Shown piece by piece: positions 56,180 to 64,000 of a stretch of 64,000 nt of DNA. The translations under genes were made by a program, and so were the position numbers. The notes below the pieces were generated by a model that was not told the DNA's origin, made no database searches, and worked only from the letters and a program-made list of their open reading frames with translations. The stretch covers positions 128,001-192,000 of the forward strand of contig JAOZFG010000004.1 of NCBI GenBank assembly GCA_027491435.1. Reading direction: 5' to 3'. Each line of letters begins with the position of its first letter. The first letter of the stretch is position 1. This DNA is from Thermoproteota archaeon (GTDB lineage Archaea > Korarchaeota > Korarchaeia > Korarchaeales > Korarchaeaceae).

Positions 56180-56374
56180 GCCTACCTATCTAACCTCACA
56201 TGTCTAGGCCTTCGGGGGCTGCTGGGGATAGCTTATGAGTTATGATAGTCACATGCCTATCAGGATCTTATCAGGCGCAGCCCCTCCTGGAGAGGGTTCA
56301 GGAAGGGGGCTTTCCTCCGCAAGATACCCAAACCCTCTTTTATATACACAGGCCCTATTTCAGGGTGTTGAGGG

Positions 56375-58060
56375 ATGGGAGGAGAGGCCGTTCATATAGG
56401 AGGAATAATCTACATGACCATAGCCGTGTCCCTAGCCGTTCTATACAACAGGATAAGCCCGATAGTAATCCTCCCATCCCTCATGATCGCATCCCTTATA
56501 GGCAAGGCCTTTGGCGTCGCTCCCCCACTGATAATAGCCTCTCTGAGCCCTTTCGCTTTAGCTCTCTTAGTGTTCACGGCAGGTATTGAGCTGGATACCG
56601 ACTTCTTCAAGAAGGAGAAGGAGAGGCTCCTTTTCTTCATATTCGTTGAAGCCTCCATAATACTGACCCTATACGGGATCCTCAGGACCGTGTGGTCTTG
56701 GGAGATGGCCCTAACCTTAACGGCCATAATGATCGCATCAAATGAGGCCTTTGCCTATGAGTTGGGAAAGAAGATTGATAAGACCCTCGCTAATTACGGG
56801 ATAGCTATATCCATAATGGAGGACTCCCTGGCCATATTGCTAGCTTCAATAGGCTATTTCACTTCTCTAAAAGTCTCTCAGGAGGTGTTAGTGGCCGTTA
56901 CAGCTTGGAGCCTCCTGTCAATAATAGTGTCTTACTTTATCTCCATCTGGATAGACAGGATGATTAAAAGAGCTAGGGAGTTGAGCACTAAAGTCCTGAT
57001 AACCCTCCTCTACCTGCTCATACTAATCTCGATGTCAGAGCTAATGCACATGCCTGAGGCGCTAATAGTTTTCATAGGGGCCATAGCGATAGCCTTTAGG
57101 GGGTTTGACAAGGAGACTCTGAAGGTCATAGAGAGCTTCATGATCCTTGCTTTGATGGGCTTCGTGATGAGCCTGCCGTACGAGGTAACCTTAAAGGGGG
57201 CCCCCACGTTATTTGACGTGGGAGTGATCTACTTTAAGGCAGTGTTGCTCGGCTTCATCTTGGCAATTTTAGCCTTCATTATAAGGTTTGCAGCCCTCTT
57301 CTCAGCTTTCTTCTTGAGCGGGATAGAGTTCATGAGGGGGCTGAGGCTCAGCGTCGCTCTAGCTAACACAGGTGAATTTGGGCTAGTAGTTCTAGCCACA
57401 CTCCTAGCTGGCGGTCTGGAACTCCCTCCCGAGGTGGCTTTAGGCGCCATGTTCGCCTACGCCTTTAACCTGACCATCTTAAACCTGTTAGTCAATAGGA
57501 TAGGCCCCATTATAGCCTGGATGACTCAAGGTCCCACGGCGGAGATAATGGAGAAGGTTAGGGAAGCCCATAAAGAGGTGAAGCTCATAGTAGATGGGCT
57601 ATTCTCAGACGTTAACTTCAAGAGGCACATATACGAGCTCATATTCCTGGGCACTATGACCTATTTCTTGACGGGCCTATTCTACAGAGTAGCTGAGAAT
57701 CCCTTGCTGTCCCAAGTGGTCGTGGTGCTTATGACCTCCGCCCTATTCTCGTCCCTGTTCGTCGTGTTTAACAGGATATCCCAGGACTTGTTGAGGGCTG
57801 GCGCAGGTTTCTCTTACAACAAGGCTTTCAGCTCTATACTGAGAATTCTAATAATTTACGTGATACTTCTGCCGTTGATAGGGCTGGTGAGCGACCTAAT
57901 AAGGAGGAGTATCAAGGTAACCTTCTCAAACCCCCTGATCTTCCTGTTGATAGTGTTCTTCTCAGTGTTCTTCGTGAAGATGGCCGACTCGTTCATAAAC
58001 ATGCTGTCCAAAGGTGTTCCCGGTGAGATACCTGGCGTTGGGCAACCTGACTCTGGATGA
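56375..58060 (+). CDS. Cation:proton antiporter (CPA2/KefB-like) with extra C-terminal TM region
   Basis: LVFTAGIELD, AISIMED, ANTGEFGLVV, many TM helices. Confidence 0.8.
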   Translation: MGGEAVHIGGIIYMTIAVSLAVLYNRISPIVILPSLMIASLIGKAFGVAPPLIIASLSPFALALLVFTAGIELDTDFFKKEKERLLFFIFVEASIILTLYGILRTVWSWEMALTLTAIMIASNEAFAYELGKKIDKTLANYGIAISIMEDSLAILLASIGYFTSLKVSQEVLVAVTAWSLLSIIVSYFISIWIDRMIKRARELSTKVLITLLYLLILISMSELMHMPEALIVFIGAIAIAFRGFDKETLKVIESFMILALMGFVMSLPYEVTLKGAPTLFDVGVIYFKAVLLGFILAILAFIIRFAALFSAFFLSGIEFMRGLRLSVALANTGEFGLVVLATLLAGGLELPPEVALGAMFAYAFNLTILNLLVNRIGPIIAWMTQGPTAEIMEKVREAHKEVKLIVDGLFSDVNFKRHIYELIFLGTMTYFLTGLFYRVAENPLLSQVVVVLMTSALFSSLFVVFNRISQDLLRAGAGFSYNKAFSSILRILIIYVILLPLIGLVSDLIRRSIKVTFSNPLIFLLIVFFSVFFVKMADSFINMLSKGVPGEIPGVGQPDSG

Positions 58061-58880
58061 AAAGGGGGACTGGATAGGGCTTGGGGGCACCGTAGCTTAC
58101 GGGGCCTGGGCCGCTTTGCACTTCACGAACTCGGTTCTAGTCATCTCTAAGGTAGGGAAGGACTTTAATCTAGATTTATTGACCCCTCTACAGGATCTAG
58201 GAGCGTCCTTCCTTATAGAATTCAACGAGGAAACTGCCAGGTTCAGGAGGGAGAAGGGAAGGCTGGTGATGGTATCGCCAGGGCCTGAGGGATACGAGGA
58301 TCTCCCTTTCCTCCCTGAGAACTTCGATGTGATACACCTGGGCCCTGTCTCAGGGGAATTAAGCGAAGAAACCGTTAAGCGGGCTTTAAAATCCAATTTC
58401 GTGACCATAGACGCTCAAGGTGTGTTGAGGTCCAGGGTTAGGGGGCCCATCAAGTTAGAGGATGGCGAATGGTTGCTAAACAACCGCCTGGATCTGGTGC
58501 ACCTGAACCTGGAGGAGGCTTCCTTCCTGACAGGCCTAGAGGACCCTAGGGAAGCTCTTAATTCCCTGAAGAACTCGTTTAGAGGCGTGTTACTGACGCT
58601 AGGTGAGAGAGGAAGCCTGGTATACTTTGAGGGCAACCTTTGGGAGGTGCCTGCCCTTACCCTAAGGCTGGTGGACCCTACCGGGGCCGGTGACGTGTAC
58701 ACCGCCTCCCTGGCAGTGCTCCTATCCTCGGGAGAGGAGCTTAGAGACGCAATTTCCAAGTCAGTGGCCTTAACTTCTGTTATACTTGAGCACGTTGGAG
58801 TCCCTACAAAGCTAGTCTCCCGGGATGAAATAGAGAGGAGGGCAGAAATGGTCAGATCTAAGATGAAGCGCATCCACTGA
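58014..58880 (+). CDS. PfkB family carbohydrate kinase
   Basis: GNLTLD, GG..AY, IDAQG, N.EEA, LTLGERGS, DPTGAGD. Confidence 0.9.
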   Translation: MFPVRYLALGNLTLDEKGDWIGLGGTVAYGAWAALHFTNSVLVISKVGKDFNLDLLTPLQDLGASFLIEFNEETARFRREKGRLVMVSPGPEGYEDLPFLPENFDVIHLGPVSGELSEETVKRALKSNFVTIDAQGVLRSRVRGPIKLEDGEWLLNNRLDLVHLNLEEASFLTGLEDPREALNSLKNSFRGVLLTLGERGSLVYFEGNLWEVPALTLRLVDPTGAGDVYTASLAVLLSSGEELRDAISKSVALTSVILEHVGVPTKLVSRDEIERRAEMVRSKMKRIH

Positions 58881-59064
58881 TGCCTAACGGTTATATTTCT
58901 CGCCTTCTCTGTCTAAGGGGTGGTGCAATAGGACGCACGATGAGCCTCCCGGCCTGATAATAACCTCAATATCCCCGGAGGAGACCTATGAGAACGGGCT
59001 TAGAAGGCTGGATCCCCTTATACTGGGAAGCATATCTCTAATAGGCCTTAAAGAGGATGAAGTC

Positions 59065-59661
59065 ATGGCCAGCGATAGGAGGTTAAGGAGGGCAGGAACC
59101 TTTGAGGTTCCCAGTGGGGTGATGATGGCCCTCTTCGTCCCTACTAGGGCTGGAATGGCAAGGTTAGTTTCTTTAGGCAGGGTTCTGGCTACAGTCTCGT
59201 CAGCGGATTGGGCTAAAGCCTCTCAGGAACCTAATGACATGGAGGAGGTCAGGAGGATAAACTCGGAGGTCAAGGACTTCTTAGGGAGGGAGGTGGTGAC
59301 CCCCCTGGACAGGGTCAAGGACGGGTACTTGATAGTGGCCGAGAACGTGCTCAAGTCTGGGGTTATATTCCCTGGGATGGGGGAGTGGCCTGATGAAGGT
59401 TTTATACTGACCGAAAGCTGGCTCGAACTTTCGAACCTTAAAGGGGGTTTTGCGGGCTTTTGGGGGAGAACCTGGGGCAGGCTCTACGCCATGTCCCCAA
59501 GAGAAGCCCTGACCTTGCTGGTAGGATCTATGGCCTCCTCCCCAACGTTAGAAGGTCTGCTCAACATAGAGAGGGCTGAGAACTTCACCGAGTTAATAGA
59601 TCTTGAGATAAGGAGGCTAAGGTATTTGGGCTGGCACCGCCTTTACAGGGGCATGATATGA
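59065..59661 (+). CDS. Hypothetical protein (frame open upstream to 58888)
   Basis: Coupled by ATGA to lplA. About 59 further sense codons upstream lack ATG/GTG/TTG. Confidence 0.6.
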   Translation: MASDRRLRRAGTFEVPSGVMMALFVPTRAGMARLVSLGRVLATVSSADWAKASQEPNDMEEVRRINSEVKDFLGREVVTPLDRVKDGYLIVAENVLKSGVIFPGMGEWPDEGFILTESWLELSNLKGGFAGFWGRTWGRLYAMSPREALTLLVGSMASSPTLEGLLNIERAENFTELIDLEIRRLRYLGWHRLYRGMI

Positions 59662-60389
59662 GGTGGAGACTTCTCCTGATAGAAGGTGACGCAGCCTTTA
59701 ACATGGCCGTTGACGAGGCCCTTATGGTAATTGGCACGCCAACAGTTAGGTTCTACAGGTTCAGGCCTTCAGCGGTGACCATAGGCAGATTTCAAAGGGT
59801 CTCCGATTCAGTTAACTTGGAGGCTTTAAGCGAGTTGGGCATTAAATTCGTCAGAAGACCCACGGGCGGGGGTTCAGTATTCCACGACGAATTGGGTGAG
59901 ATAACCTACAGCGTGGCTGGTCCCAGGGAACTATTTCCCGTCTCCATAGAGGGGAGCCTGAGGTGGATAGCCAAGGGGGTGATTAAAGCCCTCGATGAAT
60001 TAGGCGTTAAGGCCGAGCTATCGGGAATAAACGACGTGGTGGTCAACGGGAGGAAGATATCTGGGAGCGCACAGGCTAGAACTAAGCATAACCTCATGCA
60101 ACACGGCACTCTCATGTATGCCACAGACTTAGAGAAGCTCTCCAAAGTGCTGAGAGCGCCCAAGGAAAAGTTAGCCGATAAGGGGGTTACCTCAATATAT
60201 GAGAGGGTTACCACAGCTTCTCTAGTCCTTAGCAGGAGGATCTCATACGAAGAGGCCTTAGAAGCCATGATAAAGGGCTTCTCCTTCCTGGGAGAGCTTG
60301 AAGAGGGTGAACTAACTGATTCAGAGCTAGAAGTTGTCAGGAGGTTGGTGAGCAAGTATGAGTCGAGGGAGTGGAACTTTAGATATTAG
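59658..60389 (+). CDS. lplA: Lipoate-protein ligase A catalytic domain
   Basis: NMAVDEAL, RRPTGGGSVFHD, NDVVVNGRKISGSAQ, QHGTL. Confidence 0.92.
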   Translation: MRWRLLLIEGDAAFNMAVDEALMVIGTPTVRFYRFRPSAVTIGRFQRVSDSVNLEALSELGIKFVRRPTGGGSVFHDELGEITYSVAGPRELFPVSIEGSLRWIAKGVIKALDELGVKAELSGINDVVVNGRKISGSAQARTKHNLMQHGTLMYATDLEKLSKVLRAPKEKLADKGVTSIYERVTTASLVLSRRISYEEALEAMIKGFSFLGELEEGELTDSELEVVRRLVSKYESREWNFRY

Positions 60390-60669
60390 GAGGAGGTCCA
60401 GGCAGGGTAAGACGTTTAGGGTATCTCTGGAGCTGAGGGAGGGTAGGGTGGTCAGCTTCACCCTTTCAGGTGATTTCTTCGCCTATCCAGCCGAATCCCT
60501 CGACGAAATAGGTGAGGAGGTTGCAGGTCTAGAGCCGTCGGAGTTCATTAAAGTAGTTGAGTCCCGCCTTAAAGAGGTTGAACTGGCTGGAGTTGATAAA
60601 AAGGAGCTGATGGAAGCGATTAAGGAGCTTCTCTCACCCTTCCTTGGGTCCCACCGCCGGAGAACCTGA
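60358..60669 (+). CDS. Lipoate-protein ligase C-terminal domain subunit (LplB-like)
   Basis: GK..RV.L...G.V....LSGDFFAYP. Adjacent to lplA, as in split archaeal LplA/LplB. Confidence 0.8.
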   Translation: MSRGSGTLDIRRRSRQGKTFRVSLELREGRVVSFTLSGDFFAYPAESLDEIGEEVAGLEPSEFIKVVESRLKEVELAGVDKKELMEAIKELLSPFLGSHRRRT

Positions 60670-61297
60670 TTATGAAGTCAGCGGCCATCTTAGCGGCCCT
60701 GCGGACGAGTCCCCTGTCCACGCCGGGAACCCCTGCAGCCACTATCAGGACGTCCTCAGTCCCTTCAGTTATCATTGTCTCCCTGGAATCCCTGTGGGGA
60801 TACAAGAACATGACCTTCTCATCGTCAGCCAGCACAACCTCCTTCCCGGTGAGCCTTTCCTCCCCTCCTCCTATCGGCTTAAAGATCTCCCCCTCCCTGG
60901 CCATTCTGAGAGTTGGATCCCCCCTAACCTTTGACAGGTCGTATAAGCCTATGGGGACTAAGGTCTTAGCGCTCACTAAGTTACCAGCGTCCACTACGCT
61001 GTTTATCAGGGGAAAGGGCTTATCCCTGAGTATCCTCCTAACTAATGCCTCGCTGCTAGGCCTCGTCTTGGTAGGGTCTATGCCGATCCTCCAGTAAAAA
61101 TCCCGGTAGGCCCTAACCACTGGATCCCTCCTCAGGGATTCTAGGGTGTGCTTCCCCTTTATTTCCCCCACTTCCTCTTTAAGAACCTCCAAGGCATCTC
61201 CTTGAGTCTTAGAGACTTTAACGCTCCTAACTATCGTCCATGAGACGAACACTCCCATGGAGGCTACCTCTTCGTCCACGCTCACCTCGATATCCAA
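60620..61297 (-). CDS. B3/B4 domain protein (stand-alone PheRS-like tRNA editing domain)
   Basis: AYRDFYWRIGIDPTKTRPSSEALVRR, INSVVD.GN.VS, PIGLYD, RDS..T. Confidence 0.9.
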   Translation of the reverse strand: MDIEVSVDEEVASMGVFVSWTIVRSVKVSKTQGDALEVLKEEVGEIKGKHTLESLRRDPVVRAYRDFYWRIGIDPTKTRPSSEALVRRILRDKPFPLINSVVDAGNLVSAKTLVPIGLYDLSKVRGDPTLRMAREGEIFKPIGGGEERLTGKEVVLADDEKVMFLYPHRDSRETMITEGTEDVLIVAAGVPGVDRGLVRRAAKMAADFIIRFSGGGTQGRVREAP

Positions 61298-63858
61298 GGG
61301 TTAACCCTCCTTATCTCCTTCCTCCTACCCCTTCTCTTGAGAATCATCAGGAGGCTCAATAATAACGCTATTGGTAGGGCCAAGGCCCACACAGGAACGT
61401 CGAAGAGCTGCTTCCTGGGAGGAGGAACAGGGGGTTTGCTGGGAGCCACTGTCTCAACTTTAGATGGGACTACCACAACCTTCTTCCTCCTTATCACGTA
61501 ATTTCCGGCCTTATCAACTACCTTCACAGATATTATGAACTCTCCAGTTTTCTTAGGTTTGAAGGAGGCCTCATTCGGCCCTGGAGAGTCGAAGGTACCG
61601 TCTCCATCCGTGTCCCATATTATGGTGACCTCCTCGTTTGCCATAACTTTAGCCCTCACCGGCGAGCCCAAGAGAACCTTATCAGGTTCCACGGTCAGAT
61701 TGGCTTGAGGAGGGGTGTTATCCACTATTACCCTAGCTGCGTCAGTGACGCTCCTATTCCCTGATCTGGCCTCCACCATAAGCTCGTATTCACCGTCTTT
61801 GAGGGAGGCCACGTCCCACTGATATTCGCCCTGCACCTTGCCAACTCTTATCCAATCCCGCTCCCCGCTCGCCCTATAGTAAAGGTAAGCTACATCGAAC
61901 GATCCTTGAACCTTGATGGACACGTACTTCGAGTGAGGTCCCTCATCAACTTTAAGCTCGACTTCTAGCGGCTTCGCTTCACTGCTGTTGTGTTCTAGAG
62001 GTTTACCCACCACCCTGTAAACCATGACCTTGGAGACCTCGTTGTGGTAACGGTCCCTCGCTGAGATCTTGAACTGTACATACCCCCTTGTCTTGAGCAC
62101 GACGTTGGTGACGTTGAACTTTATCTGAGTGCCACACAAGTAGGACCTCTCGCTCACCACTTTACTCCAGGACACGTCATTTCTAGCCCTGTAGTCCATG
62201 GAAACCCAACAGAGCTCTCCAGTAACGTGATATGTCGGTTGTACCGTGATTATGGCGTTCTGAGCTGGAAGGGTGGACATGTTCTTAGGCGAAATGATCA
62301 GCCCTGGTGGTTTGTTCATCAGATGGAGCCCAATGGTAACAGAGGTCACCTGCACGCCGTCAGAGGCCTCTATCCTGAAGGACGGAGCCGAATCGACGTT
62401 GAGTTCGATGACCTCCCCAGAGCCCACCTCCTCCGAGTAGATCACAGTCCAGTCGCTGTACAGGGCGTAAACAGTGACGTTGAGCCTGTGAGCCTTGTCG
62501 TCGTTTACGCCGAACTTAAGCTCAACTGAAGGTCCTATAGTTGAGAGGTTCTTTGGGCTCATCACGTTAATTGAGGGCGGATTATCCACAGTACCCTCTG
62601 GCTCGTTAAACATTATCACTTTGTGATTTACCATGTAGGAGCCCACGAAATCCTTCACACCCATCACTATCTCCAGGACCCCATCTCCATCCAAGTCTCC
62701 CGCTGAGGGCCTGGTCACAGGTATGTCTTTGAGGAAGAACTTTCTGAGCAGCGTGCCGTCCTCGTTCACTATCATAAGGTAGTTCCCGAATACCACCACA
62801 GCCTCTGGCAAACCGTCGCTGTCGAGGTCGGCCATAACTGGTTGTGCCGTGGACATCTCTCCAGTAAGCTTGGGGTCGAACTTCCACAGGGTCCCTCCAG
62901 TCCCGCTTACTGCCGTCAGGTACCTCCGGTCCTCAACGAATATCACGTCATCCTTGCCGTCGCCGTTGACGTCAGCCACCGCTGGAACGCCGAGGTTTCC
63001 AACGACGCTCCAAGCCTTGTTCCCATCTATTACCCCAGCTATGTAGGTCCTTGAATATGCCACAACGTCATCCTTGCCGTCGCCGTTCAAGTCCCCCACT
63101 ACAGGCGGCCCATAACAAGGCTCGCTCGAGTACTCGTCCAGTACATCCTTATCGTGGTTCTTAACCAATATGCCTCTGATGGTGCCCATCAACACCTCAA
63201 GGTAACCGTCCCCGTCCACGTCGCCGGCGGAGAGCCCTCTAACCTTGCCAGTTGAGCTGAATATATAATACTCGCTGTCCGTAGAGTAGGGATCGTCCTT
63301 CCACCAAAGCCTGCTGTTATCCACCCAGAAGACCTCATTCACCCCGTCGTTGTCGAAATCGACTATCAGAGGTGGCGGAGCTCTCTCGCTCATGTAATCG
63401 GGAAAGGACTTAACGATCCCAACTCCGGACACCGAAGCCACCCTGCCGTCGGTGGTCATGATCTTCACGTTCAAGGAGCCGCTGCTGGGGTCCCAACAAG
63501 TGTAGACCAGAGCCTCCTTACCGCCTTGGACTAGCCCGTAGGTGGGGGAGACAACCTCGCCTGAGCTGCATGCCTTGCGCTTGCTTATCATACCGTTCTT
63601 ATCCACGAATATGAAGTAGCCGTCCTCAGAGGTAAAGACAGCTTTCCTCCCGTCCCAATCAACTATTAGGGGTGGCAAGCTGCTCAGCTTGGGGAGCACG
63701 GTGGAGGAGCCAAGCTCCTTCATGACGAGCCCTTCTCCCATCAACCCCCTTCCCGTTGCGTGTCCGCTGCTCCTTATGTCAGATAATATGGTCTCCCAGG
63801 CGTTAACCGGTAGGGGGACCAACAGGGCTATCAGGAGCAAAGGAAGGTATCTTTTCAA
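61282..63858 (-). CDS. Surface protein with FG-GAP/VCBS beta-propeller, Ig/PKD-like domains and C-terminal TM anchor
   Basis: Signal peptide, six DxDxDG repeats (e.g. GDVDGDGYLEV, GDLNGDGKDDV), VDNPP/VDNTPP, WDTDGDG, D.AGN, Pro linker, TM and basic tail. Confidence 0.82.
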   Translation of the reverse strand: MKRYLPLLLIALLVPLPVNAWETILSDIRSSGHATGRGLMGEGLVMKELGSSTVLPKLSSLPPLIVDWDGRKAVFTSEDGYFIFVDKNGMISKRKACSSGEVVSPTYGLVQGGKEALVYTCWDPSSGSLNVKIMTTDGRVASVSGVGIVKSFPDYMSERAPPPLIVDFDNDGVNEVFWVDNSRLWWKDDPYSTDSEYYIFSSTGKVRGLSAGDVDGDGYLEVLMGTIRGILVKNHDKDVLDEYSSEPCYGPPVVGDLNGDGKDDVVAYSRTYIAGVIDGNKAWSVVGNLGVPAVADVNGDGKDDVIFVEDRRYLTAVSGTGGTLWKFDPKLTGEMSTAQPVMADLDSDGLPEAVVVFGNYLMIVNEDGTLLRKFFLKDIPVTRPSAGDLDGDGVLEIVMGVKDFVGSYMVNHKVIMFNEPEGTVDNPPSINVMSPKNLSTIGPSVELKFGVNDDKAHRLNVTVYALYSDWTVIYSEEVGSGEVIELNVDSAPSFRIEASDGVQVTSVTIGLHLMNKPPGLIISPKNMSTLPAQNAIITVQPTYHVTGELCWVSMDYRARNDVSWSKVVSERSYLCGTQIKFNVTNVVLKTRGYVQFKISARDRYHNEVSKVMVYRVVGKPLEHNSSEAKPLEVELKVDEGPHSKYVSIKVQGSFDVAYLYYRASGERDWIRVGKVQGEYQWDVASLKDGEYELMVEARSGNRSVTDAARVIVDNTPPQANLTVEPDKVLLGSPVRAKVMANEEVTIIWDTDGDGTFDSPGPNEASFKPKKTGEFIISVKVVDKAGNYVIRRKKVVVVPSKVETVAPSKPPVPPPRKQLFDVPVWALALPIALLLSLLMILKRRGRRKEIRRVNPWISR
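62945..63087. repeat. 23-bp identical direct repeat, 120 bp apart (adjacent FG-GAP blades)
   Basis: acgtcatccttgccgtcgccgtt at 62945-62967 and 63065-63087, encoding NGDGKDDV twice. Confidence 0.8.
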
Positions 63859-63949
63859 ACCATCACCGTTTTATAACGCTGGTCTCATAAATTGGTGTTA
63901 CACCCACCAAGTAATAGCTCCATCCTATAAGCGTATTAAAGGTGTCCCG

Positions 63950-64000
63950 ATGAAGGCCAAGTTCACACTGATAACAGCGCTAATGACTGCCCTCTCAGTG
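63950..64000 (+). CDS. Partial membrane/secreted protein (possibly ECF S-component)
   Basis: ATG after AAGGTG. MKAKFTLITALMTALSV runs off the window end. Confidence 0.45.
   Translation, partial: MKAKFTLITALMTALSV

Noticed and set aside
56295-56325. GAGGAAAGCCCCC on the minus strand resembling the RNase P RNA P4 5' strand
   Set aside because: No matching downstream 3' P4 strand, and too little room for RNase P RNA.
58938-58957. CGATGA-GCCTCCCGGC-CTGA half C/D motif
   Set aside because: No upstream C/D' half, and it lies in the open upstream frame of the 59065 gene.
1-64000. CRISPR arrays, transposases, integrases, tRNA or rRNA genes
   Set aside because: No regularly spaced repeats, terminal inverted repeats or diagnostic motifs found by eye.

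Overview
64 kb of an archaeal chromosome with ~50% GC coding DNA, AGG/AGA Arg codons, GGGGTGA/GGAGGTGA Shine-Dalgarno motifs, archaeal-type AroB-II/AroK, NreA, Tsr3 and class III signal peptides. The host is probably a thermophilic TACK archaeon, possibly Korarchaeota-like (inference). About 58 CDS are densely packed. They include an ADP-forming acetyl-CoA synthetase beta subunit, an AAA+ ATPase, a long KamA-like radical SAM protein, shikimate genes, an XPD/MPE/HAD/Lhr/NreA DNA-repair cluster, a Liv-type ABC transporter with a CoA-transferase, a nucleoside uptake and catabolism cluster, a type IA topoisomerase, carbamate kinase, trpS, lipoate ligase and two large surface proteins. I saw no tRNA, rRNA, CRISPR array or transposase. 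Items missing from the ORF track: a C/D box sRNA predicted to guide 2'-O-methylation of 16S rRNA C1402, an 88-aa gene with an ATT start, a frameshifted pilin-like gene and a decayed gene remnant. The most unusual items are a 1256-aa surface protein (beta-helix, DUF11 stalk, TM helix) ending in a cytoplasmic PIN-like domain, an apparent archaeal homolog of the eukaryotic PAT-complex subunit CCDC47, a topoisomerase IA lacking the conserved active-site Arg, and a NifS-like protein without its catalytic Cys. All family assignments are by-eye motif recognition; no database searches were run.
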